Positions 62,598 through 64,000 of a stretch of DNA of 64,000 bases are shown piece by piece. The first letter of the stretch is position 1, and each line of letters begins with the position of its first letter. This stretch comes from Eledone cirrhosa (lineage: Eukaryota). A program made the position numbers and the translations under genes. Location of the stretch: assembly GCA_964016885.1 (NCBI GenBank), contig OZ024740.1, forward strand, positions 180,854,001 through 180,918,000. Reading direction: 5' to 3'. The notes beneath the pieces are model-generated. The model was not told the DNA's origin. It worked only from the letters and a program-made list of their open reading frames with translations, and ran no database searches.

Positions 62598-63810
62598 TCT
62601 ATGAATTATAAATATTTTTAAATATTCTGTAAAATCGATGCAAGCAAGAATTAAATATTTCCCTTTTTTTGTTAATAATATTACAAGGATTAGTAATTAT
62701 ATGAAAGATTTCTTGAATACAGAGATGACAAATTCTTGAACAAGTCATATTCTGGTAAACAGGTGCTTTCGATATCCTTCGCTAAGAGATCGAATAGTCA
62801 GTATTATTGTCTTTTAAAGACCAAATTAAATGTGACTGAGGTTGAGAATTTTTTGTCCGATCATATAATGTATGTTTATGATTATACCAAGTGTACTTAA
62901 ATTTTGTAGAAGTAGCCCCTATATAATTATATAATCTATCTCTAGTTTTTATGGTGCATCTGTATACTAAATTTGTATCTAGGCAATTATTCTGTAGAGG
63001 GCAAGATATTTTATTTCTGCAATTACATTTTCTAAAATTGTTGTTTAGAGAAACGGTATGATTAGTATGGCAGTATCGATAGAGGGTTGGACGCCATGCT
63101 TTCTAGCATAGTTACGTTCCTTTACGGTGTGAGTTCAAATCCCGTCGAGGTTAACTTTGCCTTTCATCCTTACGGGGTCGATATAATAAAGTACAGTAAT
63201 GTACTGGGTAATTGCTTGCCTTGTGCCTAATGTAGAAACAATTATTATATGTAATGTTGTTATTGCTATTCGTATTTAATTGGGTTGAATTTGATTTTAA
63301 ATTCCTATTATTAATTCTATTAATATTTTGGGCTATATCCATCGTAGAAGAGTTTGATTGCATGTCTGTTAAACATAGAATTATATTTATGGGAGTTAGG
63401 AAAACATTTATCTAGAGCCTTAAAAAATTGGTAGTGCTAAAGGTGTCTTAATTCCTAAAGAAATTGGAGGAGAATACTGGATAATATATCTAGTTCTAGC
63501 TTTTTTGTTTGATTTATTATTTTGGTTAATTTGTTTATTATTAATATTATATTAAATTTTAGGAGGTTGGTGTATAGTATTCTTATCTACGTAGTTAATT
63601 TTATTATTGCATCCGGCTCTGTGTAGAGCGTCGTTGTAATATTCTGCTTTGTTATCAAATATATTTTTATTAGCTGAAATTCTAGATATTCTTTGTTGGA
63701 CACTATTAACTATAGCTTTTTTAATATTTCTAGGGTGGTTACAGTAGAAGCTGACGTAGTTTAGATTTTCATTAATCTTATGAAACGGGTAATATAGGTT
63801 TAATGTAACG
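62598..63810 (-). mobile_element. Degenerate Penelope-like element (RT thumb, CNC..CPL..C linker, GIY-YIG) interrupted by a SINE
   Basis: YYPFHKINENLNYV..NHPRNI..QRISRIS; CNCRNKISCPLQNNCLDTNLVYRC..YIGAT..FK..YNH..CHLCIQE..NKKREIFNSCLH; related to the 31-32 kb element. Confidence 0.78.
63060..63248 (+). mobile_element. OK-like tRNA SINE nested in the PLE relic
   Basis: Homolog of 12485-12671 (gagttcaaatcccg.cgaggttaactttgcctttcatccttacggggtcgat). Confidence 0.85.
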
Positions 63811-64000
63811 TCTAAATATATGTAATGTAACGGTAAATATAGGTTTAATGTAACGTCTAAGAAATTAACAATTTTATTATCATATTCTACGTCAAATTTA
63901 AGGTCATAATTATTAAAAAAACTATGATAATTTTCTTTTTTATGCTGATTTTACTATTGTTATGTTTATCAACTATAAATAACGCATCATCGAGATATAA

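Overview
Gene-poor, AT-rich eukaryotic window dense in (TA)n/(CA)n microsatellites and dominated by retroelements. The tRNA-SINE types suggest a cephalopod (octopod) genome, but that is my inference. I found no confidently supported host protein-coding gene. Content: (i) six L1/Tx1-clade LINE copies in head-to-tail arrays, one group bounded by (ATT)n and one by (TCTA)n, plus an internally deleted relic; (ii) two R4/Dong-type restriction-like-endonuclease (RLE) LINE copies ending in (AAT)n, plus an old relic; (iii) at least five Penelope-like element (PLE) fragments, several beside (TA)n; (iv) nine type I hammerhead-ribozyme motifs read by eye; (v) RTE fragments, tRNA-SINEs, a MITE and several fold-back palindromes. 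Best candidate for a new system: all five Tx1 ORF1-ORF2 junctions carry a consensus 5' splice site overlapping the ORF1 stop codon, and three 3' UTRs carry a matching acceptor, so ORF2 may sit inside a facultative intron. Other highlights: a retrozyme-like ~320-bp hammerhead tandem, a CAGAAGA-core hammerhead variant, a 404-bp spacerless palindrome, and a head-to-head Tx1/Dong fusion flanked by (AAT)n. All calls are from manual reading; no alignments or searches were run.
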